Of a stretch of DNA of 64,000 nt, positions 40,500-56,279 are shown one piece after another. Source of the DNA: Dicyema japonicum (taxonomy: Eukaryota; Animalia; Dicyemida); the NCBI GenBank assembly GCA_011109175.1, contig RDEW01000019.1, positions 858,921 to 922,920 on the forward strand, in the 5' to 3' direction. The notes beneath the pieces were generated by a model. That model was not told where the DNA came from, did not search any database, and worked only from the letters and a program-made list of their open reading frames with translations. Each line of letters opens with the position of its first letter. The stretch's first letter is position 1. A program made the translations under genes and the position numbers.

Positions 40500-41040
40500 T
40501 TTGACAATGAGAATGAAATGAAAAATTACAAATACCACGGTAACACAAGACTAACTACTTACGTGATCCCGGCACACTCCAAGAGACTTCAACTTGGGAT
40601 AATGCTTCCCCTTGAGCCCGCGCAACTCGTCTTTTGAGGTAACCCAAGTCCCAGCATTGTATAGAAGAATAGGTTTTATAAGTGAGCTGTATAGCAGTAT
40701 CCTTGGTTTGATGCTGATGCTTTCTGGTTTAGCTATAGATTCTTTAGTTTATGCATAGCGGCATTTTCCAAGGCTTTTTTACGTATAAGGTCTTTCCGAG
40801 TCTCACAAGGAGTTCTGTATTGGAGGATAGAATTCTGATCATTCTTAGACTTGACACATCAAGAAATTGTTCCAGTAGTTGATGCCTGTTAACTGCATCA
40901 AAGGCTCTTGATAAGTCTATCCTCACAATGTTAATCCGTCATTGTATTTTCGATTGTCGCACACCTCCATCTTTGGCTCCAGACTACGTCAACTGATGAT
41001 CTCCTTTTTCGAAATTTCCTTAGCCTTTCTGCTAAGTATG
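40500..41040 (-). mobile_element. RTE RT fragment
   Basis: IDLSRAFDAVNR; LLYSSLIKPILLYNAGTW. Confidence 0.75.
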
Positions 41041-41400
41041 TCCACGCTTTGGCTTGAAGAGTGACTCAGTCATCAGTAAATATTTCATTGCGGAACCGGA
41101 TCGTCTATAAAGGAATCATATGAAAAAAAGAAAAAAAGAAGTGAAGAGCATTCCTGGTTCTCCGTCAACGATTAGTTATGATAACTGTTCTTCACTTAAA
41201 CAAAGTGTGTGTCCAGACTGGGTGGAGCTAACATGGTCTTTCGTAAAAGTGCAGTTTTTTGCAGTTTTAAAAGAAAAGTGCAATTTGTGGAAATCATGTC
41301 ATTTAGTAGCATTGCTATTTTGTCATGTACTGTAACAACTCTGGGTTAATATATCTGCTCATATTTTTTTGAGTCTACAAGAAGCCATTTTGACTTCTTT

Positions 41401-41598
41401 CTATTTTCTATTTTATGTGTGTGAGTCCTTTTTTGACAATCCAGTTCCGCAGTGAGAGTCTACTGTTGACGAAGTAACTTGTCAAGCCTTTTTACCATTA
41501 TAAATGCGTGGAACCTTCCACCAGGTGAACAGCAGCGAGAATCGAGCCCGTAACCTAAGTCACTTTAGTCCGACACCTAACCACTATGCTACCCGGCT
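41401..41598 (-). mobile_element. tRNA-derived SINE copy
   Basis: The reverse complement aligns closely with 5345-5545, including the A and B boxes. Confidence 0.75.
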
Positions 41599-41759
41599 AT
41601 TGTGCGGGAATCTGAGGTCAAAACCAGAATTTTTCGCGAGAGCCATAGTTGTTACTTATTACACAAAAAAATGTTTATTGATATACATTTAACTACATTT
41701 AACTAATAAATAAATAAACTCTTTAAATACAGAATTATAGGATTTATCTGAATTTAGGT

Positions 41760-42270
41760 TTATTTATTTAATAACCCCGAAAAGGAGTAAACCAACTAAT
41801 TAAATGATCCTGGTGCACCTCAAAAAGATCGAGAGGTATTTCTTATGTTCATCCAGAGTACCCACGGCTTTCCTGTACATACGACGATTACCTTTCATTA
41901 GATTTTGAAGAAGAGTGGGTTTTTTTTCTTAATTTACTTGTATTTGAGGCTTCTAGTCTTGAATAGAAGAAACGACTTGTTTCTTGACCACACAGACTGA
42001 TGAAACCGGAGCCGTTGTTATCGATTGAGTCGTGGTCAAGCATTGGGAAGAAAAGATCGGCAGGTAGATTCGTCAGACGTACCAATTTGGCTGTTAGGGA
42101 ATTGATCTTGTACAAATTTGATATTGAAACTCCATAAGCCCATGAGGCACAAGCATACTCAACCGTCGGTTTTAAAAGTTGATTGTACAAGACGACAGCG
42201 CATTCCCGTGACGGCCTGGACTTTAAGAACGATTTCATTATATTCAGTTTCCTGAGACCCTTTGTTAACG
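41760..42270 (-). mobile_element. LINE 3' end
   Basis: LYNQLLKPTVEYACASW and the family terminus CCAGGATCATTTAATTAGTTGG..GGGGTTATTAAATAAATAAA. Confidence 0.7.
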
Positions 42271-45129
42271 TAGCCAGTTTAAATAATAATAATAATTTAA
42301 ATAAATTTAAATATAAAAAAAATTAATTTTAAATAATTGAAATTTAAATTTGAGAATGTCACGTGAGATGATATCAATAGGATGTGGAAATTTTAGCAAT
42401 AATATTTTTTCCCATCTCTGGGATATTCAAGTATGGTTTTCTTAATTTTCGAAAGGAAATATTTGAATCAAAATTTGTCGACAAGCTTTCCACGTGGAAA
42501 TATAAACGAAATGATATTACTCCACGATTTATTGGAATTGATAGACCAAAAGTAACTTTTTCAAGTGAAAAATGGGAAACGGAGGAAATCCCGAATCCTC
42601 TCTGGTTAATATATGATAGGAGACTTTTAGGCACAAAGTTGAAAGTATGAAGGGCACGGAATCTGAAAAAGGGATGAAAGTTCCCTATAAAGTGAGGGGA
42701 GACACTGTAGTGGTGCTGGATGAATTTTCTGGCGATGTAGTTGAATTTTTCGTTGATAAAATTCGGCATAATTTGGAGGATTGTGATTATTTTCAGGTTT
42801 GGAGTAGTACTATAATCAAAGGGATTTTGTATCGCTGGAGATTTGACGAGTCCTTTCGGCAGTGTCACGTGCTCTGTCGTGGATAGTATTGAAGATAATT
42901 TTGGAAGAAGCTCCCATCTTTTATTCTCCCCAATCGTACTTTTACATTTAATGCGAGAATTTTAGGAAAAGGAAAGCGATGGCTTCAACTTTTGTACCTC
43001 TCTTAGTTCTCTGCAATCCCACAGCCGACTATCCGTTATTCCCCTTTCATTGTACGGAGAGATCTGGGGGACGACTGGAATGCGGATTGAGTTCCCTTAT
43101 ATAAAGTCCACCGACTCTGCGGAATGGATTCTGGCGGCAGCCATCGAATCAGCAACTTTATCGTTGAGGCTTGCGGATAAATCGTCTTCCATGTTAGATC
43201 TAGTACAGCAACTCACGTGTAGTAGAAGGATTGTAATTTGTGATGTTATTTTTTTTAGTTGGCTTGTTTGGGAATTTCATTTCCTCTTGCAATTCGCAAA
43301 GGACAGTACTTGTTCGACCTGATCCTCGAATCCCCGGATTCGTTCATAACGACCTCTCTTCTGCCTTATAGTCATATGTCGGACTTTGATGAGTCTTCTA
43401 TTTTCTTTCAGCATTCCTCATTATATGGATTCCCAAGGTCGAGGCTCACAAGGTTTTGAGTTTTGTTAGTATTAGTGATTGCCATTCACATAAAATATCA
43501 TCGTGCAAGGAACTTTTGGAATTAGCTTCTTTTGAGATTTCCGGAGCTTATCGATGGTGATTTGGCTTTGTCGATTGTAGGTCATCGGCCTCTGTCCCTG
43601 ATAAACTGAAGACTTCTTGCTTTCTTGACTTTTTTGACGATCGAGTCAATGAGGGTGGCGAAATATGTGATCTTTGTGAAAATCCTGTTTCTGAATGTTC
43701 CTTGATGACTACTCTCGACTGCAGTAGTCGTCCACGTGACATGCTTGATATGCTAAAAAATGAACTGGGTAATACAAATATTAGAAAAATTTACCCCAAC
43801 ATCGATATGGAAAGTTATACTGAATCTCTCGAATTTTTATACGAACTTATAAATAATTACTGATTATTTTGTTATATTTAAATATATTGTGTCTTGTTAC
43901 GAACACGGGGGGTGCTCTTTTTTCCTCCTCCACTGTCATCTCCCCTATCATAACTGGGTTCCGAATTCTCAGTCATTTCGGATCACTTTCATTGATTTAG
44001 GGAACGTCCGTTATACTTTTTAGCCACGGATATTCATCGATTGAAGTGACTGGGATTAGATAAAATAGTTATCTATGACTTTCCGTATAAAATACTGATT
44101 GAGTGGGCAGATGACTGAGCTGCTGATTATTTATTTAAAACCTAGAGGGTACCAAGAATTAAAGGTTAAACTATTAATTAGGTGATCCCAGCATCCAATA
44201 GCTCCCAAACTCTTCTTGAGAAAGCTTCTTGCAGAATCAACAATAATTGTACAGTGGTAGAAGACCATTGGCTAAAACTTGATAATCCTTTTTTTGTGTC
44301 ACTGTTTAGAAAATAAATAACTTAATGAACTTTTTAAAGATCGATCCTTAAAGTAAATGATGATGGAGTTGGATATTGGAGAATTCTGGATATTTTTTTC
44401 CAAACATATATCCCAGATTTTCTACACAAGCACTGACGATTATTTTACAATCTTCAACGACAAATTTATTTTTGAAACCTCTTGAGATAAAGAAAATTTT
44501 ATTTGAACACAGATGCAGAAGAAATTGTGAAGAGGAAGTTGAATTAGTGATCTGCTTCCTATGAGTCATGGCATTTTCACGGCGACTGGTTCAAAGATGA
44601 ACTGTTTACTTGGACATTTATATTTCTACTTGACTTCTCAGCCTTTTCTAGAGCAGAGCCTTGGTTAGTCGCAATCATTGCAAGATTTGAGTAAGAGAGG
44701 CTATCCACACAAAAAATGACTAAAAATCTGAGTTTAATGATCATTCGAATTATTGGAAAATATTAACAGAAATAATAATTTCTCTTTTGATGAACTCGAG
44801 TTCTAGAATAATTATGCTAATAACAATTCATTAAATTTTTCAAATTTCTCAATAACACTGAAAATTTTACAGTTTTCAAAAAATACTGGTAGTTTTTTAA
44901 AATTTTGTGAAATCACATTAAATTTAAAAATCTTAGTTATGATAATTAAAAACCCAATCAACACAAAAATCAATCAATCCAAATCGACGATGAGTTACCT
45001 CTCGCGATCCCAACAGAGATCAACGGGAGAAGCCAACAAGTCTCACATGCGTCTTGGCTTTTTAGTGTCGCAATGAATCTAAGTTTATTTAGGAAACAAA
45101 GCGATTTCCCACTTATTCCTCCACTTGTC

Positions 45130-45775
45130 TCAACAATAATGAGATATAATGTGAATCGATCGCGTAACGTTTAGTATTTTTTCTCCTTTGCGTTCATTGT
45201 TTTTTTCCGCGGCATATAGTGTGTCTATTACGCTCCCGACAATGTTGGATGGGCAAAAAGGATCGACACACGTAGCATTCCAAACCAAAGGTTTTCCCTC
45301 TTCGAATGGAAAAATTGTGATTCCGTCGGCCGTTTTCCGTCTCTTCTGTTCAAGCAAACAGGTTCATGTATGGAGGGGTATCCAGCAGACTCCTGGTCTC
45401 GTTTAACAATTNACACGTAGCATTCCATACCAAAGGTTCTCCCTCTTCGAATGGAAAAATTGTGATTCCGTCGGCCGTTTTCCGTCTCTTCTGTTCAAGC
45501 AAACAGGTTCATGTATGGAGGGGCATCTAGCAGACTCCAGGGCTCGTTTAACAATTCCGTTGATCCCCTTATATCTTGGGAATCGTCCTGCACTTCTTCG
45601 ACAAAAAAGGGCGTGATGCCCATAACAATCGACAGTACCAGCACATCGGCATTTATGAGTCTGGCAAATCTTTAGTCCAAGTCTGATGGGGATACCGGTA
45701 CGGACAGTATCGTCGTTAAGGTGGGTCTCGACACTACCAACGGGGAGTGCATTGATCCAAGCGTTACTCAATTCG
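45130..45775 (-). mobile_element. CRE 3' fragment
   Basis: AWINALP..LNDDTVRTG..RLGLKICQTHKCRC..DGKRP..LVWNATC. Confidence 0.85.
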
Positions 45776-46700
45776 CATCTGTTATGAAATTATATTTTTA
45801 ATTGTTTTATCCGAGTATCTGACGTTATGGGAACCCTTCAGGGATATCCAATGACACCACTATGAATCAAAGTTATAAAAAAGAAAATCAATCGAGTATG
45901 CGGTTAATTAAACCCAAATCTACATGCGAAACGAACAAAGTACTAACTATAGCTTGTCCACAAATATAAATGTGATTTTATTACCAATTAAAGTATCATT
46001 TATCATTAGGCATAGTTTGTACACGACCATTAATGCTAAAGCATGACGATTGAGCTATCCATTTGTTCTCATATATCGATTCCGGGATAAACAAAAATAC
46101 AAAAACATTGGAAATGTATGGATATGTTGATAACCACAATTTTTGATTACATGAACTAATAAGCACTAGAGTTTTAGGCTTGAATTGCACTGTAATGGGG
46201 GAGTATGACATATTTAAAATCAGATTAACAGAACCATAACACATTGTTTTATAGAAATGTTCCTAGAATATAGATAGAGTTTTTTTATAGACAATTCGAC
46301 AATATATCTATTAAAACTATATAGGAAATATAACGGGTATTAACAGATTAATTCTGATAATGAAGTTGATTATTTTAACTCACCAAAATAAGATTTAATT
46401 ACGCAGCATCAGGCAGTTCAATGCTAGTAGATCACATTTTCCCACAAATACAAAAAACCATTAGCAAAAACTAATTCTTTAAACAGAACAGGCTGACCTA
46501 ATAAGATTACCACATAATCTATCAAACAGCAGAAATCACAGCAGTAATCATGAAACCAAAAATAATTAGATCAAATTACAATGAAAACCACATCTGCGTA
46601 AAAACCACAAACTGAATATTCTAAACACTAAGAAATCGAAAACATGTAAACAAGAAAAGTAGTATAACCAAGGAATATTAAAAGAAAATGTTAACACTAA

Positions 46701-47752
<1,052 letters not shown>

Positions 47753-48184
47753 TCAGATATTGATTAGATTTATAGGTTCGCCATATTAATTTTTTTATTT
47801 TAATGAAAAATAAATATTTAAAATTAATTTAATTTTCATCTAAAATCTTTTCCGAACTTCTTATCAAAATCATAATAATTAAACTTATAATCATATGAAA
47901 TTAGGCTTATCAGAAACATATTGGACAAACAAACTAAGCTTATCAGAAACATATTCTGACAAAACAAACTTCAATTCAACAAAATATAACACGACATAAT
48001 TTTAAGTGCATTGAAAATAATGCATCATCGATAATTTTTATTGATTTAATTATGCTAAGTTCATTTGAATTTTTCACTATAAAAAAGAGTGAGAATCGAT
48101 GCAGGAAGCAGTATTTACAATGTTAAAGTGAGTTCTGTCTTTAAATGACTAGAAATCTCTCAATTTGAATCATTCTCAGTTCTT

Positions 48185-48620
48185 CACGTGTTACATCATT
48201 AAGCTTTAAATGTTACTGGATGGATTGGAATGCCTCAAGAAGAGATTATCTATTACTACATTTGCTTAATGCTTAAATTTATACCCTTTTTAAATGACTG
48301 GGAGTACTTCAGTGAGGACTGTTTCCAGCAGTCCACGTGGTATTCAATCAAGCTTATAATCATTAAATGACCTGTAATGTATTAAAAATGAATATTTATA
48401 TTGCTCCACGTGCTCCACCTAGAAAGCTCAGATATATTGTAAAGATTATCATAGAGTACTATAGAATTTGCATCACAGAGAATTAATCCCAATAGTCCAC
48501 GTGCTTATCCTCTATTAAATTACTATTTATGATTGCCTAACTAACTTTACTACAATTAAATTTGAATTTGAAATTATTCTATATATTATCTGGCATCCAG
48601 TGTTTCTATAGCTGCACGTG
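48185..48620. promoter_or_regulatory. Cluster of five CACGTG E-boxes upstream of polyubiquitin A
   Basis: CACGTG at 48185, 48334, 48407, 48498 and 48615 in AT-rich non-coding DNA. Confidence 0.45.
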
Positions 48621-48799
48621 ATAATAGAATTTGTCGAAGGTCTAGGCGGTGGTATTGCATGAAATGTCTACTTAGTCGATTAAAACCATTGTCTTTTTCC
48701 TCTCTCTAACGACTCGGAAGACATTGGAAGTCATAAGTTTCATTTTCGGACTCGGGAGACGTGGATACCCGAAGTTTCATGTTCCTATGTATGAACAAT

Positions 48800-50650
48800 A
48801 ATAACAAATAATAACAATTTATTATCAAAAAAGTTGAGGAGCTTTCTAAGGGGGTATTACATCAGAGTCCTACCATAAGGCTTAGACTCCCCACCTAAAC
48901 CCTTGTTCCTTTTTAATTTTTTTTCAAGGATCTTTGATCTCCCCATGAAACCATTGATCTAATCCTCCAAAATCCTGCTATTTGGTTCTAACAGCTTGCC
49001 TTCGTCCTCACTTAGACAGTCTTTCAGTTTCTTGTTAAAGGAGAGCTCCATTGCAGCTCTCTTTGTCTTCTCTTGGAGATAAGATCTTCTCCCTCTTCGG
49101 AAAGAAGAACCACTCCTCGCACATATAAAGTAGGCTAGGGAGAAATACTCCCTTGAAAATGAACAGGTAGGTGTCACGGATAACATGTAACTTTTGTTTA
49201 TAAAGGAGCGACTGAAAGGCTCTCTTCCTCCACTCCCTTATGCCATCCATGTAATCTCCTGCATGTCCATAGTTCATTCGTTCAATTAGAATGATCCAGT
49301 AGAATTAGGAGGATTAAGAGTTGAATAAATTTTAAGGACTGCTCGTTTCAATTTCGAATTCTTAACACATAAATTATTAGATATGAAAACCCTATAGTGG
49401 ACCCAATCCAAATATGTTGAACCTCAAGAACACATCTTCCATAATATCAGGCCTAATGCTAATAGCCAATTCTTGTGGAATAAGCTCGCTCCCGATATCC
49501 AATGGAGTCTTGGGCCTTACCACATAGACAGATAGAGCTGGTGATACTAGGAATGCGGCGAATTTTTCCCCGATGTAAGGATCACAAGGCCACACGAATC
49601 ATCAAAACTAGTATTCTTCAAATTAAGATCTCCAATTAAGATGTTATAGGGATTCTTGTTGTAGAACTCAGAGATATCTGTAAAACAAGTCTCAAGATTC
49701 TTGAATATAGATCTCCAACACTAATCCATATTCCGTTGCAACAAACGTTCATGCTAACAAATTCAGACAATACATCACAAACGACTTTTGGATTACGATT
49801 TCGGAAGCAGTCCCAGTGGAAAATAGACGTCCCCTTACCAGCAAATGCTCCAACCTTCCATAAAACGTCCATGGAATTGGATCAAGTCATTATATTAGTC
49901 TTCCCTTTCTTTAATTTCGTCTCATGACCACCAAGACGTCAATCTTGGAGGCCCACTAGGGATCGGGCATTCACAACCACTATTTTTAGTCCTTGCTTCA
50001 GACATTTGGGTGACATGTGTTCCCAGGAGTTTCTCCACAGGCAGTCAGGTCGTATTCCCCTGCTCAACGGAGACATCTTGTCTTCTTAAATAAGAAGGAT
50101 ATGTGTCCATAGCGTTGGCAATTAAAACACCTCGATGGGCCTCTTCTGTACAATTCACATATGATTAGCACGTGGGCAATGTTGAAACCAAGACCGACAA
50201 GCGATGTAGCCTCCGGCCTTGATCCAACTAGAACCTTTGCAAGAGGGAGTTTCCTATCTCACTTGTAGAAACGGCATATGCTCGTGGTAGAGGGGGCAAT
50301 TCCTTGACAAATTCATGAAGGTCGTTATCATCAACCCAAAAGGGCAGGGTAACACAATTTCGGGTGGTCTCATTTGGATTTCACAGAAGCAATGGTTTCC
50401 AAGACCAAAAGGTGAGGTAGCTTACACATGTTCACAGAAGTTCCTTTTGTCCTCCTCCTTTCTGAATTCGAGGCGGAAGATTCCGGATCCTCTGTGGCTT
50501 AATATGATAGATCCCGTCAAGTCGAACGAGTACAACACGCTAGAAAATTTGATGGCTCCCATGTTCGAAATAACAAGATCTGCATAAACACATTGCCTGA
50601 GTATTCAGAAGCTGGAGGATCGAGAGGAATAGACTTCTTTTCAGTTTCTG
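48800..50650 (-). mobile_element. Two-ORF LINE remnant (zinc-knuckle ORF1, APE start, RT C-terminus)
   Basis: RCFNCQRYGH..RCLR*AGEY..C (gag-like knuckles), VVNARSL (APE start), VFLPSLLYMCEEW, and an (ATT)-rich tail at about 48800. Confidence 0.65.
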
Positions 50651-51529
50651 TAAATTTCAAAACTGTCTTTATCTCCTCTTTAAACTTTTTCAAGTAGTAG
50701 CATCTCCAGCTCGTGGAGAAATCCTAACTTTTAATGTCGCACTTTTCGATTCTTTTAAACTAATTTTTTGAACCATTTTTTACAACTATCGTCACAAAAA
50801 CCACGTTTTTTCCAACGTATGAGCAAATAATAGTAACTATATGCAATCACATAGCAAATCGAAGTTTCTAGAACTGCACATGCTAACCTGCTAAACTTAG
50901 TCAATCAATTTTCATTTTAATTTCATATAAAGCAGGCTTCCTCAACTGACATTTGTTTCTTTGTTAAAAAAAATGCTAACCTGCTAAACTTAGTCAATCA
51001 ATTTTCATTTTAATTTTATATAAAGCAGGCTTCCTCAACTGACATTTGTTTCTTTGTTAAAAAAAAAATTATTTAAAAAAAATTTCATATAATTCGATTT
51101 TATCAATTTTCTTTAAAATCATAGATGCCACTGGAGTCGTTAAGCGACAAAGATGCTTCAGTCAAGTTTATCAACAGATTGAACNTCAACTGACATTTGT
51201 TTCTTTGTTAAAAAAATTATTTAAAAAAAATTTCATATAATTCGATTTTATAAATTTTTTTTTTATAAAACAAAAATTTATTAACAATAAAATATTATTT
51301 ATTAACTATGGGGGAGAGCGGCTGCTGACATCACGGAGTAAGCGTTTCCGCGAATAACAGCGATACCAATTCTTTGCCTCAGCCAGACCGCTTCCCGCAC
51401 GTCTTTCTTGCGGTGGGCCAATTTTCCCCCGATTTCCTTTAGGAAAGAGGCTGTAATACTTCCAGCCNTTTTTCACGATGTTCTTCCCTCGTGTCCTCAT
51501 GAACGTACTGAAGAATATCTTCATCATAT

Positions 51530-52840
51530 TCAAAATTCGGGAGATCGGCCAGAAAGAGGTTAAAGGAGATCCTTGAGGGACTCAGTTGGGGAGGAGACTT
51601 GAGCTAGATTTTAGTCTCCGAGACATAAACGTTTCTTTAGTCCACTTAGGAAGTTGGTGATCCAAATTTTGAGCCACTCTGGGATTTCCGATTGAAATGT
51701 TTTTAACGAGAGTATCTTCCTAGAGACTGAGTCAAACGATTTGTGTATGTCGATCGAGCAAAGCAGTTTTTTAAGTGTCTCTGCTTGTTCGCAATTCTAA
51801 CTCGAATGTCTGGTCCGTGAGGGTATGTTGTTTTTTTCGGCATCCCTCACATCTCTCCGAGAAGAGAAGTTCTGACATTTTTTTCAATATTCTGAATGAT
51901 AATAGTGTATCAGACTTCCTGTGCTCATTGTGTGAAATTTTGCGTAGAATTTCATCAAGTTGTTCACATCTCTTCAAACATAATCCTCCTCAGATGAAAT
52001 TTGATCGCCTTTCGCCACGTTTCGAATAGCTTTCCACACTTCTCCCGTGGAATGATTTCAGTTTACTGTTGTAAGCACATGATTCCACTTCAACTTCTGG
52101 GCCCTGAGCCATTTAGCCTGTATTTTATTATTCAATGCTCTGTTTCATTTCCAAAGTGATACTTTTTTTGATTCCTTTCCTTACAACTCTTCATTTTGTA
52201 TTCCGAGATTTCGCGATACAATTTCCAGTTAGCATCTTTGTAATTGAAGCTGCTAGGAATTCTCCTCACATTGACCTCACTATTGATCGTCATCACAATC
52301 GGATTATGGTCACTTCTGGTTTCGTAGAAGACTGACAAAGCAATTTATGATAAAAGCCATTATGAGCATAGTGTTACGTCCGGTGAGGTAGGTTTACCCG
52401 TTTCTTTCAGTAACATAGCTCTTCGGGAAGGCACTAGGGGGCGGAACGTAGATATTCACAAAACATAGATTCCAATTATTTCGGTAACCTCATCATATCA
52501 AGTTTCCTCACTTTCGAGGAGATGTCTTTGGACTTCAAGTTCTTTTTGAATAGAGTGTCTATCTCTTCTATATTTACGGTCCATTCTGATAGTCTTGTAT
52601 TCGGGGAATGTAGGGTTAGAGTCATTAAAAGTGAGTTTGGTCTCTTGAATTATAGCCATGTTGATCTACTGACTTCCAGGAGTAAGCAGATTTCCTTGAA
52701 TTTCCCTTTAATTCCATTTATCTTCAGCTAGAGGAAAGTGAAGTGCTTTTCTCTTCGATGGGCTGAGAATTTCCTCCGGGAAGGTTCGCATAATGCATCG
52801 CCGGAGCGAGAATGACCCTAACTAAAGATCCTTTTTTCGG
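51530..52840 (-). mobile_element. Internally deleted J1 LINE (5' end, APE pieces, RT)
   Basis: 5' end is homologous to 20040-20112. Motifs RSDHNPIV, CSIDIHKSFDSV, VPQGSP. Confidence 0.8.
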
Positions 52841-53599
52841 TAGGAATTAGGTGCCCCTTGGATGTTTCCAAATCCTTTAGAAATGGTAGACAACATAGTG
52901 CCACGCTGAATAAATATAACCAACTAGTTATCACGTGATCTCGATTCATCCAGGTTAACGATGACTATGGATGGCTTCAGACAACTTTGCATGTTTGTTT
53001 CAAAGGACCTTACATTTAAATTCCACATAAAGTGAATATTTGTCAGTTTATACCTCCTCAAAGAATTTGATGGATACGGTCCTCGACTCTTATTCCAGAC
53101 TGAATATATTTGTTACACTATCGAAAAATGTGGACTTGTGAAAGGACCTATATCTTAATATTCTTGAGGGCGACGCTAATCAGAAAGCGTATTCGAATAG
53201 TGTCTTTGAAAAAAGAGGGGACACCTTGAGAATACTAGGGATGCAAGAAGACTTGCATGCCTCAAAACGACTAGCTGTCATTCAGCAGGAAACTGGTTGA
53301 ACGTTTATCATTGTACCGAGATTTGTAACATGCTAAATGATGAGTGAGAATAGCTGTTTCGCTACGTCTTGGTCTTAAAGTGTGTGCGGAAAAAAATGTA
53401 GTTATGGACGTTCAATCGATCCATCTGGCTACCATTCATTGTCGTGCAGGCTGAGAGAGGCCCGTTTCTCAAGACATGCCTGTCTCAACGAGACGTTTAA
53501 AAATACACTCTCCTTTGCGGACTCACTGCATTTAGGAGCCGACTGATCTTTTTTTTGCTACGAAATCTCCATCAAATGTTTCTGAACGTGTAACACGTC

Positions 53600-54470
53600 A
53601 ACGTCCAAGGAATCACGGTCCCTGTCTCATGAAGAAATCCTCTATTGCTATGTTAGCTGGAGCAACCAAGTCCATTACTAGGATATGTCCAAATAATCTT
53701 CAACGCATATCAACAATTTCGAGACCCGTACAACATCTCTTATATAGTGATTCCTTTTTATTTTTGTTGGTCAGTTCAGTTTTATTATGGATCTCAGTTG
53801 TCTTTGGTGGAAAGAGTCTAGTCCAAAATGTTCGGGTTTGGACGTCCCACAGGTCGATGAATTGTATATTTGGATCGGCTTGACAAAGCCTTCATGCAGT
53901 CTCAAACGAAGTGATTTGCAGGATCGTCGTTTGCCAATCCACTCTTTCATCACCTTGTTTATCGTTACCTAAGCGAGGGCCTTTCTTCTGGCAATATCTT
54001 GGCTGTCTCCAAGTAAAGAGCCTAGTTTGTTTGTTTTGCGCCATGTTTCACTTGATCTGCTTTCTATTCTCTCGATTTACACTGTTGCTTTTTTGCGGTG
54101 TTCATTCTGATGAACCATCTGGTGCTACCTCGAGGAGTCGAAGTAGAGCCGGCTTGTCTTCTGAGACAAAGTCGACGTCGTCCACATAAGTAATTTCGAC
54201 GATGTTGCCATCATAGAACTTCCGAAGGTCTCGTAATGCCGTCTCCAGATATATGACAAATAGCAGAGGCGAAAGGAATTTTCTCGAAAAGTACCAACAT
54301 TGCACGTAAATTCACGGGAAAAATTTTACCGACCTGCACTCTGAGTTTCATCTTAAATAACAACACTGTGATTATACTGACAGAATCAGGGCCAAAAAAT
54401 TGTTCCAGTGTCAAAGGCCTAGAAGGTCTATTCCCAGGAGTGTTGTTGCATTTTGTTAATCTCTAATTGA
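53600..54470 (-). mobile_element. RTE RT/3' fragment
   Basis: LSPLLFVIYLETALR..ITYVDDVDF; FVKPIQIYNSSTCG. Confidence 0.8.
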
Positions 54471-54690
54471 TAGCGCAGCGACACTTGTGTGCCAATACTA
54501 CATCTGCAGTGGATCTAACTGTCCAAAATCCACTGTTTTTCATTTCATATGATTTCAAGTTTAACTATAAATTTTATTTAAAAAATTTCAAAAAAGATTT
54601 TAGTAGAATATTAAATTAATCTTAATTTTTTATTTTTCATTAAAATAAAAAAAATTAATATGGCGAACCCTAAATCAAATCAATATCTGA

Positions 54691-55416
<726 letters not shown>

Positions 55417-55426
55417 TTAGTGCTAA

Positions 55427-55534
<108 letters not shown>

Positions 55535-56279
55535 TAATTAGTGCTAACATTTTATTTTAACATTCCTTGGTTATACTACTTTTCTTGTTTGCATGTTCTC
55601 ATTATCGATTTATTAGTGAATTCATGTTCTCATAATGTAAAAGTTCAATATCGTAGTTATTTTTTAATCGACATATTTGGCATCAGCAACTTAAATGGAT
55701 TTATAAATCACAGTTAATCTCAAAATCACCGTTTCCAGAAAATTTTCTATTATTATGTTTTCCATAATTGTATCTTCATACTTTAATACTTTTAGAATAA
55801 AAGTTACTCCACATGATATGCAGGTCATTATAACAAAAATATTCATTAAATTAAATTCTTATCTTTTTTCTCTGACGACTCCGGAGACTTTTTAACTCAA
55901 AGTTTCATGTTCTTGTGCATTAGGTAGTTTATAGTTTCTGATTAGCAATAATGCGGTCGACTAATTGGAATAATCAATATAGTCAAATCAATTTTAATTT
56001 TAATGTCATATAATTTGATTTTACTAATTGTCTTTGAAATTTGAGATTTCGCTGGACTCGTTAAGCAACAAAAGAATTGTTTTGTCAAGCATACCAACAG
56101 ATTTAACTTTTTGCACAGGTATGTTGGATTTTTTATTATCATAAACTGTCTCCTGCTTCCCAAAATGCTTTTTAACTTTCAAAGTTCCCTTTGTTATGAA
56201 TAAGAGGATCTCATATCTCTCCTAGATAATGAAACTAAGTCAACCTTTGAAGCGATTATTATTATTAGCATTTTCACGA

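Noticed and set aside
42360-43750. 164-aa ORF and GC-richer coding-like stretch
   Set aside because: Faint APE (RVGGLYIRE) and RT-start (IPEMGKNII) resemblances suggest a very old LINE. No host family was recognised.
48711-48784. CRISPR-like repeat-spacer appearance
   Set aside because: Eukaryotic context, only two adjacent units, spacers of 11-12 nt and no cas genes. Kept only as a bipartite motif.
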